Source: Kudoa neothunni
Taxonomy: Eukaryota; Animalia; Cnidaria
Length of the DNA: 54,710 nt
Assembly: GCA_964304625.1 (NCBI GenBank)
Contig: OZ199839.1
Span: 4,032,314 to 4,087,023, forward strand
Direction: 5' to 3'
Shown here: positions 24,600 through 39,399 of the stretch, one piece after another
How positions within the stretch are numbered: position 1 is the stretch's first letter
How the letters are laid out: each line of letters opens with the position of its first letter
Notes under the pieces: model-generated
What the model was told of the DNA's origin: nothing
The model's database searches: none
The model's input: the letters and a program-made list of their open reading frames with translations, nothing else
Position numbers and translations under genes: made by a program

Positions 24600-25346
24600 A
24601 AGAATAAAACATTCATTAAAGCTTTAAACATGACTCATAATTCCAACCTACCAAGCGAATTGTGGAAATACGTTCTAGAAACTAAATATTCAAAATGAAA
24701 AGACATTTGTCTCAAACTTGTTTCTATCTTTGGTACAACTTATTGTTGTGAGTCTATTTATTAAACTATAAAGTTTGTAAAATTGAAGCATCGCCAGTAT
24801 CTTCCTCATAAACAAACGCCTGACGGAACTAATTCGTACAGCGTTAATAGCATACGAACCGGATTATCGTCAGCTCACGAATAATGTGGAAACACAAAAA
24901 ACTTGTAACATTAGAAACAATTTCTAAATAAAATCTGAAAGCATTAAATTCTTGTTTTATTACTTTATTCGTAAATATTTAATTTAATTTTTTGCCAGAA
25001 TACCACACATGATTAAATGTGAAATATTTTATCTATGCGACCATTTTAATAATGAAAAAGTTTCTTGGATCGTTAATTATTAATTTACTCTTTTGGAAAT
25101 ACCATCATAAATTATACCTGTAAAAATCATATGTAAATTTGCTAGCGATTAACCGAATAAGAAAACAATTACTAAACCTTTATTTATAATTCTACCACAT
25201 TTTATCTTATTATTTAACAAAAATTTTCAAAAAATATATGTTTTAAATAAGGAAGAGATACATAAATGATTTAATGCCTTGTAGCTCTTGAAAGTTTGGG
25301 CAACCTTGAGGTTGAATTCCGATCTAATTAAGTCTGGCCACTCCTG
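24600..25346 (+). mobile_element. 3' remnant of a hAT (Charlie/SPIN-like) transposon
   Basis: Interrupted translation LVSIFGTTYCCESIY*TIKFVKLKHR resembles the hAT dimerisation domain; terminus GTCTGGCCACTCCTG. Confidence 0.7.
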
Positions 25347-25692
25347 TAATATACAAAACAGTAGGTCACCAGTTTTACGAAGTTTTCGAAAATCACTACA
25401 TACTTTATAAGTATTAAATAAGAAATATTCGTGTTTTTATTTTAAATTATTTTGTGGATTATGAGTCAATCAAAATAAAAATAAGCTAAAAAATAACCCA
25501 AGTAAAAATCACGTGATTAATTGCTATTACGTAATTTTTTGGTTAGGCGTTGTTAATTCATTAGTGTTTTTATTCTCAATGGCCGACTAAATCTTTTAGA
25601 AATATGTATATAAGGATTAATATAAAATTATAATATAACAACATAGTCTTCTCTCGTGAGGGGACGACAACTATTACTATATTGCAATTCAA

Positions 25693-27085
25693 CCCTCTAA
25701 GTAAACTGGGGTCCATTTGGAACCCAAACGGGATTGCCATCCTGTTTTCTCAGCCGTCATTTACAATTAGAATCCAAACTTCTTCTATTCTCGTAAACAC
25801 GTTTATCTTTAGCGGAATAGATTTATTGGGATTTTCATGTGCCATAAATTTTATAACAAAAACATCATCGGAGTATAGTTGGGGTCTAAATAGACCCCAG
25901 ATATTTTTTTGTTTTTAAAAATATATAATTATTTATATTAATTTTAAAATGAAAATTGAATTTAAACATATTTTACACACCAAAATATAACAAATAATTT
26001 TTTCCACGCACGCACACACATGACAATTTCTATCATATGTTTGCATGGATTTCTTTTGGGAAAGTAGCGAGGATAATGTTGACAATAATGAAAATTAAAG
26101 ACCCAAACTGGTATACTTGAAGGAGACTGTAAGCGATGAGAATCATAAAAACCTCATGTGTGATGTGTGATGAAAATGACGATTCGCCTGTAGACAAAAA
26201 CAACGATTTATAGGGTGCAATCAAAACAAAGAAAACCAATGGGGCGACAGAAAATAAAATGAATTTTCTTCAAAGTGTGACTATATACGTCACACAAAAG
26301 ATCTTTAGTACTGCAGGATGTTTTCATCACTTCTTCCCGATGGAAATAGTGGAACGAACAACTAATATACCAATCAGTGCGATAAGAATCATGATGGAAA
26401 TAACTGGAAGATGATTATGTTGATGAAATGCATGGTTCTATTGGCTGTTTGTTTTACATAACTATCCATAAGGATAACCAAGAGCTTATTGTTGAAATGT
26501 TGGTTGTGATTAAGGTAGAGGGATATACAAAGATCTTTTTTCCTTGTACAGATTCAAGCAACTAACAAGAGCGCCCACTTTGATAATGCAGAAATTACGG
26601 AGGAACGGCAGTTAAACGATAAATTTTTCCAAATTAAAGAAATATGGGGAATTTAGATTAACGCGGCGAACAAAAATTATAACCACGGAGAAAATAAATA
26701 TATGTCGTGATGTGCAATTTGGTTTCTTTTAGAGGCAACTGCCCTTTTAGACACTATATAAAATGCATGCCAGGAAAATATGGCTGAAAATTTTTCCTCT
26801 TGGTAGACCCTGCATCTATATTATGTATATGTGGAGTTGCTAACGAATTCTAGTATCAGTCATTTCGAAATAACCAGCCGTCCTATTTATATAGGAACAT
26901 TGCATAGAGGTGCATGCGCAAACTAAAACAAAACCAAAAATTATTAACGAAAACATTTCTTCAATTTATAATTTTGTAGATTGATAGAAAACTGTATTAT
27001 TAAACGAAATCACACAAAAAACTATGGGGTCCAGATGGACTCCAGTTAGACTCCGAGGGGGCCTGATTGATTGTTACTTAGAAGG
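25693..27085 (+). mobile_element. Internally deleted, decayed piggyBac element
   Basis: TIRs CCCTCTAAGTAA / TTACTTAGAAGG; flanks TCAA and TTAA; GGGGTC...GAC palindromes; remnant LVSFRGNCPFRHYIKCMPGKYG*KFFLL. Confidence 0.82.
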
Positions 27086-28158
27086 TTAAAATGCTATAAA
27101 ATAACATATATAATGGAATTTTAAAATACAATGAAGTATCACGTTAGGTATTCCAATAAATCGTTTAAAATTTCTATTAAATTTAATTAATTGAAATCTG
27201 ATTTTCTGGACAAACACCTTTATAACCAGATTAGATTCGATGAAAGTGATTCAAGGAAATAAAGTGCTGCGTATATATTATATAAATGAAAAAATATCAA
27301 ATAAAGCTAGATCTCAACATTTAAAAAATGGTTGGCTCCTTAACACAATGAAGTATAATATAAAGGAAATAATATATTTATGAGGAGGCTACCCCCATTT
27401 ATTTAGAGGGTTTTCCAAGCTATTTCGTCATGTGTTTATAAATAGTCGATTTCATAGGAAATTTTTGTATTCTTACACATATAACGAAGATATTGAAAAT
27501 GAGAAATAATTTTTCTAAATTTTTAATTATTAAATAATATATTAGATATAATATGAACAAGCAGCAAAGGTCTTTAAGTTAAAAAAATAAAAAGTTTCTG
27601 ACGCACTAAAAGAATCATTTCAACAAAGTAAAGTATCATGTATTTAAGGGAAAATCACGAAACGAATCCAAATTTAAAAATTAATTGATGGAAGATATAG
27701 AATTATTTTACCTGCTGATTGTCTCGGATATTGCAAGACATTGCTCCATTATCACGTAAGGTGCCTAAATAAAGATATTAAGTTAGAATAAAAAATTTTC
27801 CTGTAGTTACATATTTTTTATTTTGATTTTTCCTGTGTCGAAATAAAATTTATTTTATTATTTTTAATAGTGCATTCATTAATTTAAGTCAATGTTGACG
27901 AAATAGCTTGGAAAATCCTATAATTACCACTTCTAGTTGAAAAGTTCAAACGATTATGAAAAAATACTCTACTGATTATATCTACTAAATAAATGACTTA
28001 TCTTTTTAAATCAGAAACCACGCGCCTTAAATTTCTAATTTTCAGTGCCTTATGTAATAATAAGAAAAGTTATTTAAAAAAAGATAATAACAATATCAAA
28101 TATTTAAAATTTCCAAAATTGTTACAATATTGAAGAGTGAGAAAAATAATTTGCTTAA

Positions 28159-30726
28159 TCCTCTAACAAACTTGGGGTCTTTTGGACCCCAAACTGATAT
28201 TAAACGAGGTATAGAATTTTGCGTAGTAGTTTGCAAAGCTTTTTATCCTAGCTATTCTCATCAATTTATAATAGTTAAAACTTACTAAACTTTGGAAAAA
28301 AATAAAAATAATATAGCTCAGAAAAATAAAATTATCTTTTAACGAACTTGGGGTCTAAAAGACCCCATGTTTTTTTTGTTTCGTTATTATTAAAAAATAT
28401 AAAAATACGTAATATAAAAATGCAGAAATTTCTATAGACGAAACTTTGAGAAAATGGACAATTTAATGTGCAAATTAATCCCCTTGGGAAATCCGCCAGT
28501 GCTTTTGTATACAATCGTTAACAAAATTCAATCTAAATATGCTGTTTGGCGTTCGTTTTTGATTGTTTATGGCTTTAAAAATCATAAAATGCTTACATAC
28601 TATTGACTTACGTTTCTTAAAGCATTTTATAACAATAAATTATATTTCGAAATTGTTTATTATTTTCTTAATATCGATGAAATTTTAGGAAATACATTTT
28701 TAATACACATGAACCCTGCATTACTGATAGGTTTAAAACTAAATGATATTTTTCTATTGAGATGATGTCCTTATTTAAATTTTACTTCCTTCAGCAATGA
28801 TGATTTTTAACAAAAAAAACGATATCACTCCATATGGTTATTTCGATGCGTAATGAGTAGTTCGGAGGAATATATCAATGAGATCGAATCGTCTGTTAGT
28901 GAATTAGATGATTTTTTGTGTGAGGTATCCGACAATACGAAAGGAATGTTAGACGACGAATGTCCTACAGATGCTACGATAGACAAAAATGGAACGGTGT
29001 GGACTTTGAAAAAGCCCCCTTCTTCGAAAGTTTGTCTTGAAAATACACTTCTTCTCGACCTGGCCCAACGGCATATTCAGTTCAAAGAATCAAAAATATT
29101 GAAGATTGTTTCACAATATTTTTTACAAATAATATTTGTGGTGAAATAATAAAATATACAAATGAATTTGGAAGAAGTCGCTTCAGAGATTCTTGGACTG
29201 ATCTAGATGATGTTGAGTTTAAGGCATATTTGGGAACACTTGCTTTGATGGCTGTTCATAAAGATCGAGAGGAGCCTTTAGTCGATCTGTTTAGTCTTTC
29301 CGAAGGAAAAGAATTATATCGTCAACTTTTTTCTTATAACCGCTTCAGACAAATAACGAGATCGCTGCATTTTGATGATGCAAATACTAGGGTTCAAAGA
29401 AAGGCGACTGATAAATTCTGTGCCATCCGTAGTGTATGGAATATGTGGGTTGACATTTTGTCGTTGTATTTCTCTCCTAATGAGGATATAACTGTAGATG
29501 AGCAGTTAGCGCCATTTAAGGTAAGGTGCCCGTTTAGGCAATATATGCCATTAAAACCAGCCAAATATGGTTTAAAATTCTTTCTGCTGGCGGACCCAAA
29601 GGATAAATATGTTCTTAACGTCTCTCCATATCTTGGAAAAAACGGAAGTGAAGCTAGTCGAACCTTAAACGTGGGTGAAAACATTGTACTTTCTCTGACA
29701 ACCCCATTTCATTATTCTGGAAGAACGGTTGTTGCAGATAATTGTTCATTTCTCTGGGGTTAGCAACAAAATTACTGGCGAAACAGTTAACATATTTGGG
29801 AACCATTCGTCACAACAAACGAGATCTGCCATCTTGTGTTCTTCCAAACAGACGAAGAGAATTGTACAGCACCACATTTGCGTTCTTCAAAAAAAATATG
29901 TTGACATCATACGTAAACAAAAAAAGTAAGGCTGTTATTATATTATCAACTGACACCAACAATACAGATATAGAAAAGGAAATGGGCAAAAATAAGCCAG
30001 TAACTATCTTACACTACAACAGAACAAAGGGTGGTGTAGATACCATTGATAGAATGTTGTCGTCTGTTTCAGTTAGAAGATTTACTCGACGATGGCCAAT
30101 GATTGTATTTTTTTAATATGGTCGATTTACCTTTAATCAATGCTTTTGTGCTATTTAAATATATTTTTGTTGAACAAAAAAAATGCGACGTCAATTTATG
30201 AAAGAGATGGTCCAAGTCCTTTACCGACCATTCCTTGCTAAAAATACACTTGACAAGAAAATTATCAAAAGGAGTCATTCAGCTCTCTCCGCTAAACCAG
30301 TCATTGCAGATTCTAATTTGAAAAAGAGTCGATGCGAATTTTGTCCTCGAGAGACTGATAAAAAAACTAGCACCCGCTGTGTTAGCTGTAGTAGCTTTTT
30401 CTGTCGAGACCATTCATCAAAAAAATGTAAGTTTTTTTGAAAATAATACTAGTTTTATACAAAAATATAATGTGTATTGTTTTTATTATTTTGCATTATT
30501 AGACTTGTTTTATGTTACTGCCGAATGTTTACGAAACGCTGTTTCAGGCAACCGAGCCAGATTAGATAAGATTAATGGTTTTATGAAATGTAGCTTCTCT
30601 GAAAATTCATTCTAATTTTTTTATCGCTTAATAATATTTTTTTGGTTATGTTTATGCAATAAAAACTTGGGGTCCAAAAGAACCCAAGTTCGTTGGAGGG
30701 TAGTCATTTTTACATAACTCAGAGGG
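28159..30726 (+). mobile_element. piggyBac transposon, 2,568 bp
   Basis: TTAA at 28155-28158 and 30727-30730; termini TCCTCT / AGAGGG; subterminal inverted repeat (30664-30700) matches the left end. Confidence 0.93.
28853..30440 (+). pseudogene. piggyBac transposase, frameshifted
   Basis: TVDEQL, KPAKYGLK, VADN, YNRTKGGVD, RRWP and a C-terminal Cys-rich domain, split over several frames. Confidence 0.9.
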
Positions 30727-31691
30727 TTAATCACAAGATAATTATCAAATTGTTTAATGGCAGAGACTATTTGCATCTTACATTTTAATCCTAAACGCGT
30801 TGCACGCACCAATAATTTTTAATCAAGGAACTCTTATTAACAAGTTATGTAAGATTTAATTTTTTTGATTCCGCAAGGTTTTATTACTTCTGACCATCGC
30901 TTCACTCTTGATGCTAGAAATAATTAATTATAGCCGAAACTAATGCCGCCAAAATATTATTACAATGCCAATGGCCATTTTCAATGAATATTTTCCATGC
31001 TTGGTGTTTTTGTGAATTTAATTAAATAAGAGCTATTCAAGAGCAAAGCAGAAGTGCATATGATTAGACGATAGATTCCGAGATAATAAAATTTGAATTT
31101 AAAATTTTCTATGATTTTATGCTGTGTTGTGTGACAATTTTGAGGTATAAACTAAAATTAGCAAAATTAAATATAGTATACCGCAAAATAATGAATTTGC
31201 TAATCATACAGAATATCATAATAGAGAAGCTTTCTTCAAAAACAAATACTATATTTATTGTAAATTTTTATTGAAACAACAATGATAAATTAATTATGAA
31301 TAATATAATAACTATAGAGATGTATCCAGCTAAACAATTGCTAATTAGAGATACCAATTAGGCGTGAAAGTTTCGTGAGTAGGTTGAAAACTTTTCACTT
31401 TATTGATATAAAAATATTTTCCAGATAAATGTTGTTGAGTTAGGGAATCGATTTAGAGGTGAATTAACGATTGCGCAGTACAATCACAGTTCGACTTAAA
31501 ATAGAGTTTGTACGCAGGCGTCAAAACCTAATTAAAATCTACGTAACCCACTGTTCTCGATTGAATTTACTGTTGTTTTTTCAATAATATCTGTTATTGT
31601 TTTTTCTTAAAGTTACCAATCAACACTTAACCTATTTGTGGATTATAAATTTTGATTCTCTGCTCAATTAATCTGTCTAATTATTCCAACA

Positions 31692-32740
31692 ATGAAGGTC
31701 CAAACGGAGAATTCTAGCAGCCCTTTCACAGCAAATGAAAATAGTTCCAAAACTATTGAATTGCAGTCCTTAACTAACGAATGGTGCACAGCATATTGCA
31801 GTGGTAATGCCGATTATGCGAAAAATTTAAAAGTAACTTATGAAAAGTTGTTGAGTTGTTCCATTTTTAATTGTTGAAAGGATGCAATAGCTGGTTACAG
31901 TCGTGTTCGTATGATGGATGCAGATGGTAACTGCTTCTATCGAGCATTATTAATAGGACTTTTGGAAAAAGTTTACCAAAACCCCCAAAAATATATTCCA
32001 CTGTATGGTTGATATCCTTGTTATGAGAAAAAAAATCGAATCCACATAAATATTTATTCTAATGTATAACTCAGGTACACGACTCAAGCTAAGGATTATT
32101 ATGACGACCTTATGTCAAAAGACTACCCTGAAGTTACTGTTTCAGATTTCTATGATGTGGTAGTATTAATTTTGGATGGGGAAATTTTTCTTTTCTCAAT
32201 GATAATATTTCGTCTAGTTTGTTGAACTGGTATCAAATGTACCCACCTCAATTGGAGATAAAAATTTGCCATCCTCCTCCATTGATGAATACCTCCTTAA
32301 AGTAGGTTGTGGTTGGAAAAGTTCAACTGTCAAACTAATAAAACCTATGTTTTTGGTTAGATTATGCAAGATTCTGTTGCTATAAATTATTCCATTGTAT
32401 TTATGAGACTGGTTCTGTCGTGCTATCTTCAAAATAATTCATCCACCTATCAGTGTTATCTTACGGATGGAGCGACAGTGGAAGCTTTTTGTAAGAAAGT
32501 ATATTGAATTAGAGTTGCTTGAATTTTTGTTGAGCTGCGGCAATTCAGGAAGTGGAGCCAATGGATATCTATTGCGATAATATCCAGATTGGTGCGTTAG
32601 TTAAAGTTTTTGACATTAATGTCAATATTCTGTCTGTTTCACCCAACAATTGTTATTCCTTTAACGCACCCGAAAATTCTACATCTATTGACCTCTATCT
32701 TCTCTATAACAATATGCACTATGATATCCTATACAAATAA
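31692..32740 (+). CDS. Otubain-family deubiquitinase (OTUB1/2-like), multi-exon
   Basis: DGNCFYRA catalytic Cys box, YLRL, EVEPM, and C-terminal LLYNNMHYDILYK. Confidence 0.9.
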
Positions 32741-33834
32741 GGATGATGAATGTTTACACTTTTGCTATAACCCCTTCTAGCTACCTCAAACTTTTGATTA
32801 TGCACTGTTGGCGCTATGATTTACTGTTGTGTTGAGTCGTGTTTTTCTAGCCAATATATTAACTTAATATTATGCGATTTTATTGGAAAAATGCTCAAAT
32901 ATGACCTTAATATTCTTTTGACTGACAGATCAGACAAGTTACGTGCTACCGATCACTTCAGATCTTGGTAAAGAATTAATTTAGTTTGTTCGGTCCAGGA
33001 TAGTCCAAAAATTTTTTATATATCGATCTCATTTGCATGGATATATTAAACAAAATCGTTCTCATTTAATACTTTCAACTCTAATTATGTCATATAATAT
33101 ATAATACCTTTTGATAAGTTAGTTTATAATTATTCTATATTGTTGGCTACTGTGTTTTTATGTGTGGTTAAGTGAATTACACTTCAATTAAATTAAAATT
33201 AAAAACTATTTTATTCATATTACCAATTAATTATTATACATCGAGCTTAATATTTCTTGTCGATAAATATTGTCATGAAATATCTTTACTACTTAGAAAA
33301 TATGTATATATGTTAAGGTTAAAATAAAAATTAAGCAATGAAGCCATAATCACTCGGAACATGTGAGATTCTAAATAAAAATGGTGATGGGTGCAGACTT
33401 TGTTCTTACAAATGATAGATTTGGAAGAGTAATGAAAAAACTTATACTATTTCTATAACCACACAAATTCGGCGCCGAAATGCTTCAGACGTAAGAAATG
33501 TTGAGAATCTCGATAGTGATAACGTGTTGTGTGAATGTGAACATAAAGGTTCGTTAAGTCCTGATCAGCATTTCCTGACAAAATCGGAAAATTTATAATT
33601 CTTTTGCAAAAAATAAAATAATATTTAATTGTATGTATGTATGTATGTATGTATATATATATATATTATGTCAATTTATAATTCACTCAAAAATTTAAAA
33701 TTATGACATCACTTGGTCGATGTGTTGAAAAATTCATGCATTCGAATAAGACCATCTAATTTAGAGCACAACAATCTATTTCTTCTGATCGTTTTGCTAG
33801 TTCCACATCAAGATTATATTTTTTCCGGAAAAGC

Positions 33835-34334
33835 AGCCTGGACAATATGGCGTAGTGGCGTTAGGCGTGATTCGTAACCTAACTATTTCGAGTTCGATGC
33901 CTAATCAGGACGTTCCTGTGTCCTTACTCCAGAATTGAGTAGGAAGGCTGTAGTAATCGCAAGAATCTACGATTTACCTATCGTGGTCTTGTTTGCAGCT
34001 GGGAGGGAGATTAGTGGAAGGGTAGAACTAGGGCGTTCATAAACGCCAGAATACAGGAACGAAATAAAACCCAGTTGGTAGTTTCCGTAGAGCCGACCCC
34101 TGCATTCAGACGACTTTTCCAGATTATTTCTAGGTTAGATCAGGGTATGGTTGGGATGTTGGTTGCTCCAATACGAGGACGTTTAATGGGTTTAAATCTC
34201 ACATTACCGCATAAATGTAAGTCGCCTTAATATGGCGCTGCGGTGTCTACAGTGTAAATGGAGAAGGCCTAACTAACCCGAACTTCACAACCTAACAAGT
34301 TGCACTAGGGATTTGACCTTGTAAACAAAAAAAC
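33835..34334 (+). mobile_element. tRNA-derived SINE, short copy (500 bp)
   Basis: A box TGGCGTAGTGG, B box GAGTTCGATGCC, A-rich end, perfect 11-bp TSD TCCGGAAAAGC (33824-33834, 34335-34345). Confidence 0.9.
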
Positions 34335-34486
34335 TCCGGAAAAGCGTTAGCCAGAGTTAGTTAAAATCGAGATATGCAATATTGTTCGATGCAAGAAAAA
34401 CTATTTTTCTGGCACAAAACGCTCAGGTATGTGATTATCTGTAATGGTTGGTTATATAAGGGGCGTGTCCACAGCTAATGCACAAG

Positions 34487-34567
34487 CGAACAGTAGCAGA
34501 GCGGTATGGTACCACCGCCTTCTAAGTTATGTATGATGGCTCGCGGGTTGGACCCCTGCCGCGACCG
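34487..34567 (+). pseudogene. Degenerate tRNA-like sequence (pseudo-tRNA or head of another SINE)
   Basis: A-box-like TAGCAGAGCGG and T-arm-like GCGGG-TTGGACC-CCTGC; acceptor stem does not pair. Confidence 0.4.
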
Positions 34568-34638
34568 TTCATTACATTATTGATAATTGGATTCTTCAAA
34601 CCATACTTTTGGGTTTGTACAATTCCTTTAATTAAAAG

Positions 34639-35109
34639 TAGGGATTGTTGTTTTTAATTATAACTGATTTTCGTCGACTTTAATCATCACATTTTTTTAA
34701 AGTTTCGATATCCATTTTCCGGCAACATTCGAAATCTTCTAAAAAAATTGAAATGGTAGGAAACGGAGAGAAATAGATAGTTTATATATTGAACGGACCG
34801 GCCTAGAGAAGATGGAAATTAATTATCTCGTAAATATTGCAAAACGCCATTTTCTCCACAAGTAAATAGAATGTATTAGAAAATAAAGTCAAAGGAATAT
34901 ATTTCATTAAAACCCCATTTCATGACGTTTCTTTTCCTGTTATTTTTTAGGGATAGGAAAAACGGCAAAATTTAATAAGTTTTGGATTCTGTTCCTGTTA
35001 TCAACGTTCTTCTGCTATCGCTATTTGATAAGAAAAGTTTTCTTAGATTTTTTGAAGATTTATTAGAATTTTTAAAAAATGAACGTCGAAAACGACGAAT
35101 TCAAACTAT
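34639..35109 (-). mobile_element. Degenerate dispersed repeat, related to 9285-9738
   Basis: Reverse-complement similarity in several blocks. Confidence 0.45.
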
Positions 35110-36013
35110 GGTTAACTATTTCATTCCCTCGTTCGATGCTTGAATAAAACAATTATACCTAGTTGAGGTTTTATCATTATAGACTATTCATCAATTTTAA
35201 TTGATAATTTAGTCAAATAGGATTTTGTTAGGTTAATTTTAATTTTTTCAAATATTAATTTATATTAAAAATTTTTAAAAATTGATTAACAAAAACTTTT
35301 ATTGACCGGTTAACATTTGATACCATAATCATCAAAGTTTTTTTCAGAATTTTAACGCGCCCTTAAAACGCTTCGCAATAACTCTAATATTAACCGCGGT
35401 TATGATTGGATTGTAGATCCTATTTGCTGATGGAAAAAATAAAAATGATGGTCTCATCTAGGAGAATATTCTAAAAGATGTTTTTTTTATAAATTTTTGG
35501 ATCGTTATTTTTTAGGTCGAATTTCTGTATTTGTTGACTCTCAGAATTAGTTATTAAAGTACATAACTATATTTTTATTTTGATGAACTTCCATTACAGG
35601 TATATTAATTTAAACAAAGTAATGCGCCACGTATAGAAATAAATATTTGAAGATTTCTCGTACCGAAAATCAAATACGGCTATATTTCCATTTATTAAAA
35701 TGATGGTTGAATTTTTAGTGTAGAAATACTGTTATGAGACTGCGATCATTATAAAAATTTAAGTGAGAACAGTCGGACATAATTAATAATATTGATTCCA
35801 GCGTGTTTTTAAATAATGTGCTCTCGTTATATAAAAGCGTTTATCCCTCTCAGTCTTACATTGACAACTGATTAAGATGATTTTGTGAGTACATTTACCA
35901 CAAAAAATGCTCAAATCACAGAAAAATAATAGATAATGACTAAATGGGAATGTAATTAAATTATGATGTCAGAATCTGCTCGTTCAACCCAACCGATGGT
36001 ATCCATCAACGAT

Positions 36014-36803
36014 CTAATCAATAATCTTTCTAGTTTTGCCGAAATTCTGACCACTTTGATTAGCCCCACCAGTGTAGCCATATTGTGTGCTAACGTAGGT
36101 TTTTCCCTTTTCGATGGTTTCCTTATCGAATTCTCTCACATTTTTTTCGGATTCTTTTGGGCCTAACGTAGGGCCATGGAATCCTTTTAATTGCGCCTAT
36201 AAAAATAACAATATTCCAGAAAGATTCACTTTGACAGATGATTACATGACGACCAATAGCAGTCAGTGTCATTAAAACTTGAGTCATATTTTGCTTTTCG
36301 TAGAGGTCAACTGTTTGGAAACTGTCACAAGATGGTATTCCATAGTTGGCAGCAAAGGCGAGAAATTTGGATATATTTTCCATCTAATTATTTATCACAA
36401 TTACGCACAATTAAGTTATCAGTAATAATAAATAAATAGAGGTATTGAACGCACCTGTTTGAAGGCCATTTTACTATCGGATATTTGAGGGATAGAACCA
36501 TTCACTAGAACATTGGCCAATCTACAACAAGACAGGTTACTATCATAACTATTCGAATAGGTTTCGATTTACCTGCACAATCGTATTCCATCTTTCAAAT
36601 ATTCCCACACATGGTCAGCTCCGGTTTGTGTGTAGAAATTTTCTCCTATCAGATTCTGTATCCATTCCATTGCTTGTTTCTCTTCCTGTTCGTTGTATCT
36701 TGCTGCTAGCTATTAGATTATAGAGTGAGTTATGTTTTGGTTGAAAAGTTACTTTTTTTTTGACATCATGAGTCAATCCGTGAGATTCTGTTCTGTTAGC
36801 CAT
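36014..36803 (-). CDS. Calponin/transgelin/myophilin (mp20)-family protein, 5 exons
   Basis: CH domain (LKDGIRLC, MAFKQMENISKFL, FQTVDLYE) and one calponin repeat (QYGYTGGANQSGQNFGKTRKI). Confidence 0.93.
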
Positions 36804-37963
36804 TTTCTGGATGATAATTCCCGAAGTTCGATCGCCTGAAAATAATTTAACCTGATTAGAACCTAACCTTGATAATATAATTGAAGAAAGATAAAACTAA
36901 TTGAAGTTGTTGCCAATCAACTGAAGGTTGCCGACCTTTGTTATCGTAGAATTAAGAAAGATAAGTTTCACCAACAGAATGTAGTACAGTCGTTTATTTG
37001 TCCTCAAATTGTTAAAAACTACAGTAATTCTACGTGATAATAAATTTTCGATTTGACTCGGTTTAAAATTATGGATATAATATGATCATTTCCCGAATAA
37101 ACAAATTTTGTGATATATATGAAATTTTAGGTTCAATCCATCATTACTAAGCTTATTGTAGATGCTGAATGGATAGAATTTAAGTGTTTTAGTGGGTGGG
37201 AAGCTCTTCGGATTTTATCACGACATTCTCTACTATCTTTTTATCACAATGATACAACTCAAGTTAGCCAATATGAGAACAGATTTAAAAATAAGCAGAA
37301 AAATATTTTTGGACATGTATAAGATGTGTTGATGTTATAATAATGTTATAATGATAATACTTATTCCCATCAAAGCTATCATTATCTAATTGGATTAACT
37401 CAAGCTGCTTTGCTTAGGGTGTGACATGGTTTACATTGATATATCTCGTATTAACGATAACAAGTATATCGCATCGTTTAATAGTATAGGTCTACTTTTA
37501 CAGCTGCTTTAGTTGTAGAGATTAATATTTAGATAATAGGATCGATTAAAATCTCAATTATATCAACATCAAGTGGTGAGTTAGAGCAGCGGTTCTCAAA
37601 GTATGTTCCATGAAACAGTGGTAAGGGTTCCACAAGGTAAAGTGAAAAGCGACGTTTTACCACAACATTAGAAATCGGTAAAGATCGCATCTTATGATGT
37701 TAGTGGATTTTCACTGATAGCTAGAGTTAGTAACACTGGTGATAGCTGACTTTTATCGGTTAGCTAAGCACCAACGCACCTGCAGGGAGATGGTGCTGTT
37801 TTATTGTTAACACAATAATTTCTTCTATTCAACTAATTATGTGGATTATTTTTAAAACGCTGTAACGGAACGATGTTTTAAAAAAATAAGTACAACATCA
37901 TCTAAAGAAGATACCGAAATAGATGAACGTGAAAGTTGACTATCTGAAAGCAATAATTTTTTT

Positions 37964-39399
37964 GATAGTGTCAATTTGCACTCCATCTGTGCATGCGCGG
38001 AAGATTAAAGCATTACCTCTATATGTGTTTTTACTCTTATATTAGTCACTTCAAATAAATAATATTAGCTGCAAACGCCAAATAATATTTTTTAAATTGA
38101 CTTTTAAAAACGTGCTTCAATTATTATTTATCTTAAAAATTAAGGTCATATTTACTCGATAAAACAATTTTATGCCAACTTCCATGTATAATAAATTAAA
38201 AAATGGTTAGATAATAATTTCAAGAAAAACTCATGTGAATATATCTTTATGCGGTTTATTAGTTTTGAGCGTAATGAGTTCAGAAGGCAGCGATTTATTC
38301 AACAAACGATTCTGTTCATTTGATAATTAAAAAAATCCTATAAAAAATTTGATATATTCTGGAAGTGCCGACTCATTTTACTTCATTTGAACGAGTTATA
38401 TTCGACAAATCAAGTGTATTTTCAATATTTGGAAAAAAACTGGATTAATATTCAAAATATTTGGGCTCATGTTCATTGTCTCGATGCACTGACATTTGGT
38501 TCTAATACAAATAATAGGATTGAACAAAAGCATGACAAGATAAAGAATTTATGTCAAAATCATCGTTAATTCATCAAGTCAATTCAATACTCAATTACTG
38601 CAAGCCCATCCATTGTGATGATTAATAAAAAATGATCTGATTCTCATGAAGAACAAAATTGTTGATGATGATATTTTGGTAATTATAAATCGTTTGTCCA
38701 ATTTTTCCGCTGATAAAATTCAATCAGAGACTTAAAATCTGAAATTATAATCAATTTGGAACTTAAAAAACATGTTCTTTTTTCACATTATTTCTTGTTC
38801 AACAATGATTACGTTTCAAGATAATATATACAAGTTTGATTGTACATTTTTTCAACAATATTCTCTCTCATGAAAACATTTAATTGCAAAGGTAAAATCT
38901 TTAATTTTGACTTCTGATTCTATGTGCATTGGAAGATGGTTTATACAAACAATTATAAACTTCCCCGATAATGATTCACAAAATATCGGCTTGATTGTTT
39001 TACCAATCAATAAACATTTAAAATCAAAGTTTAAAAACAACAAAAAATTGTTTTGAAATATTGGATCAATTAAATACACTTGGTAGTAGTCAATACAACG
39101 AATTTTACAAGAGCCTAAAAAACTTAAAAGATCAGTGCGAGAATAAAACCACATTTTCCATAAATCAATCAAATGAAAAAATTCCAACTCGTATGATTTC
39201 AATTTTCGTTCCATTCAAATAAAAGGAAGACTAAAACAATTAAAAACTGTGTTGATAACAAAGAAGTAGAAAAAATATTATTTATCGTTTTTTGTTATTA
39301 GTGATTTTCCGCGACAACTAATATAAGAGAAAAAGTACATATAGAGATAATGCTTTAATCCTCCGCGCATGCACCGAGGGAGTGCAAATAGACGCCATC
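37964..39399 (+). mobile_element. Decayed MULE/Mutator element
   Basis: About 85-bp imperfect TIRs; transposase remnant YLEKNW...TNNRIEQKHDKIK and SWIM-like DCTFFQQYSLS*KH; TSD not clear. Confidence 0.78.
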
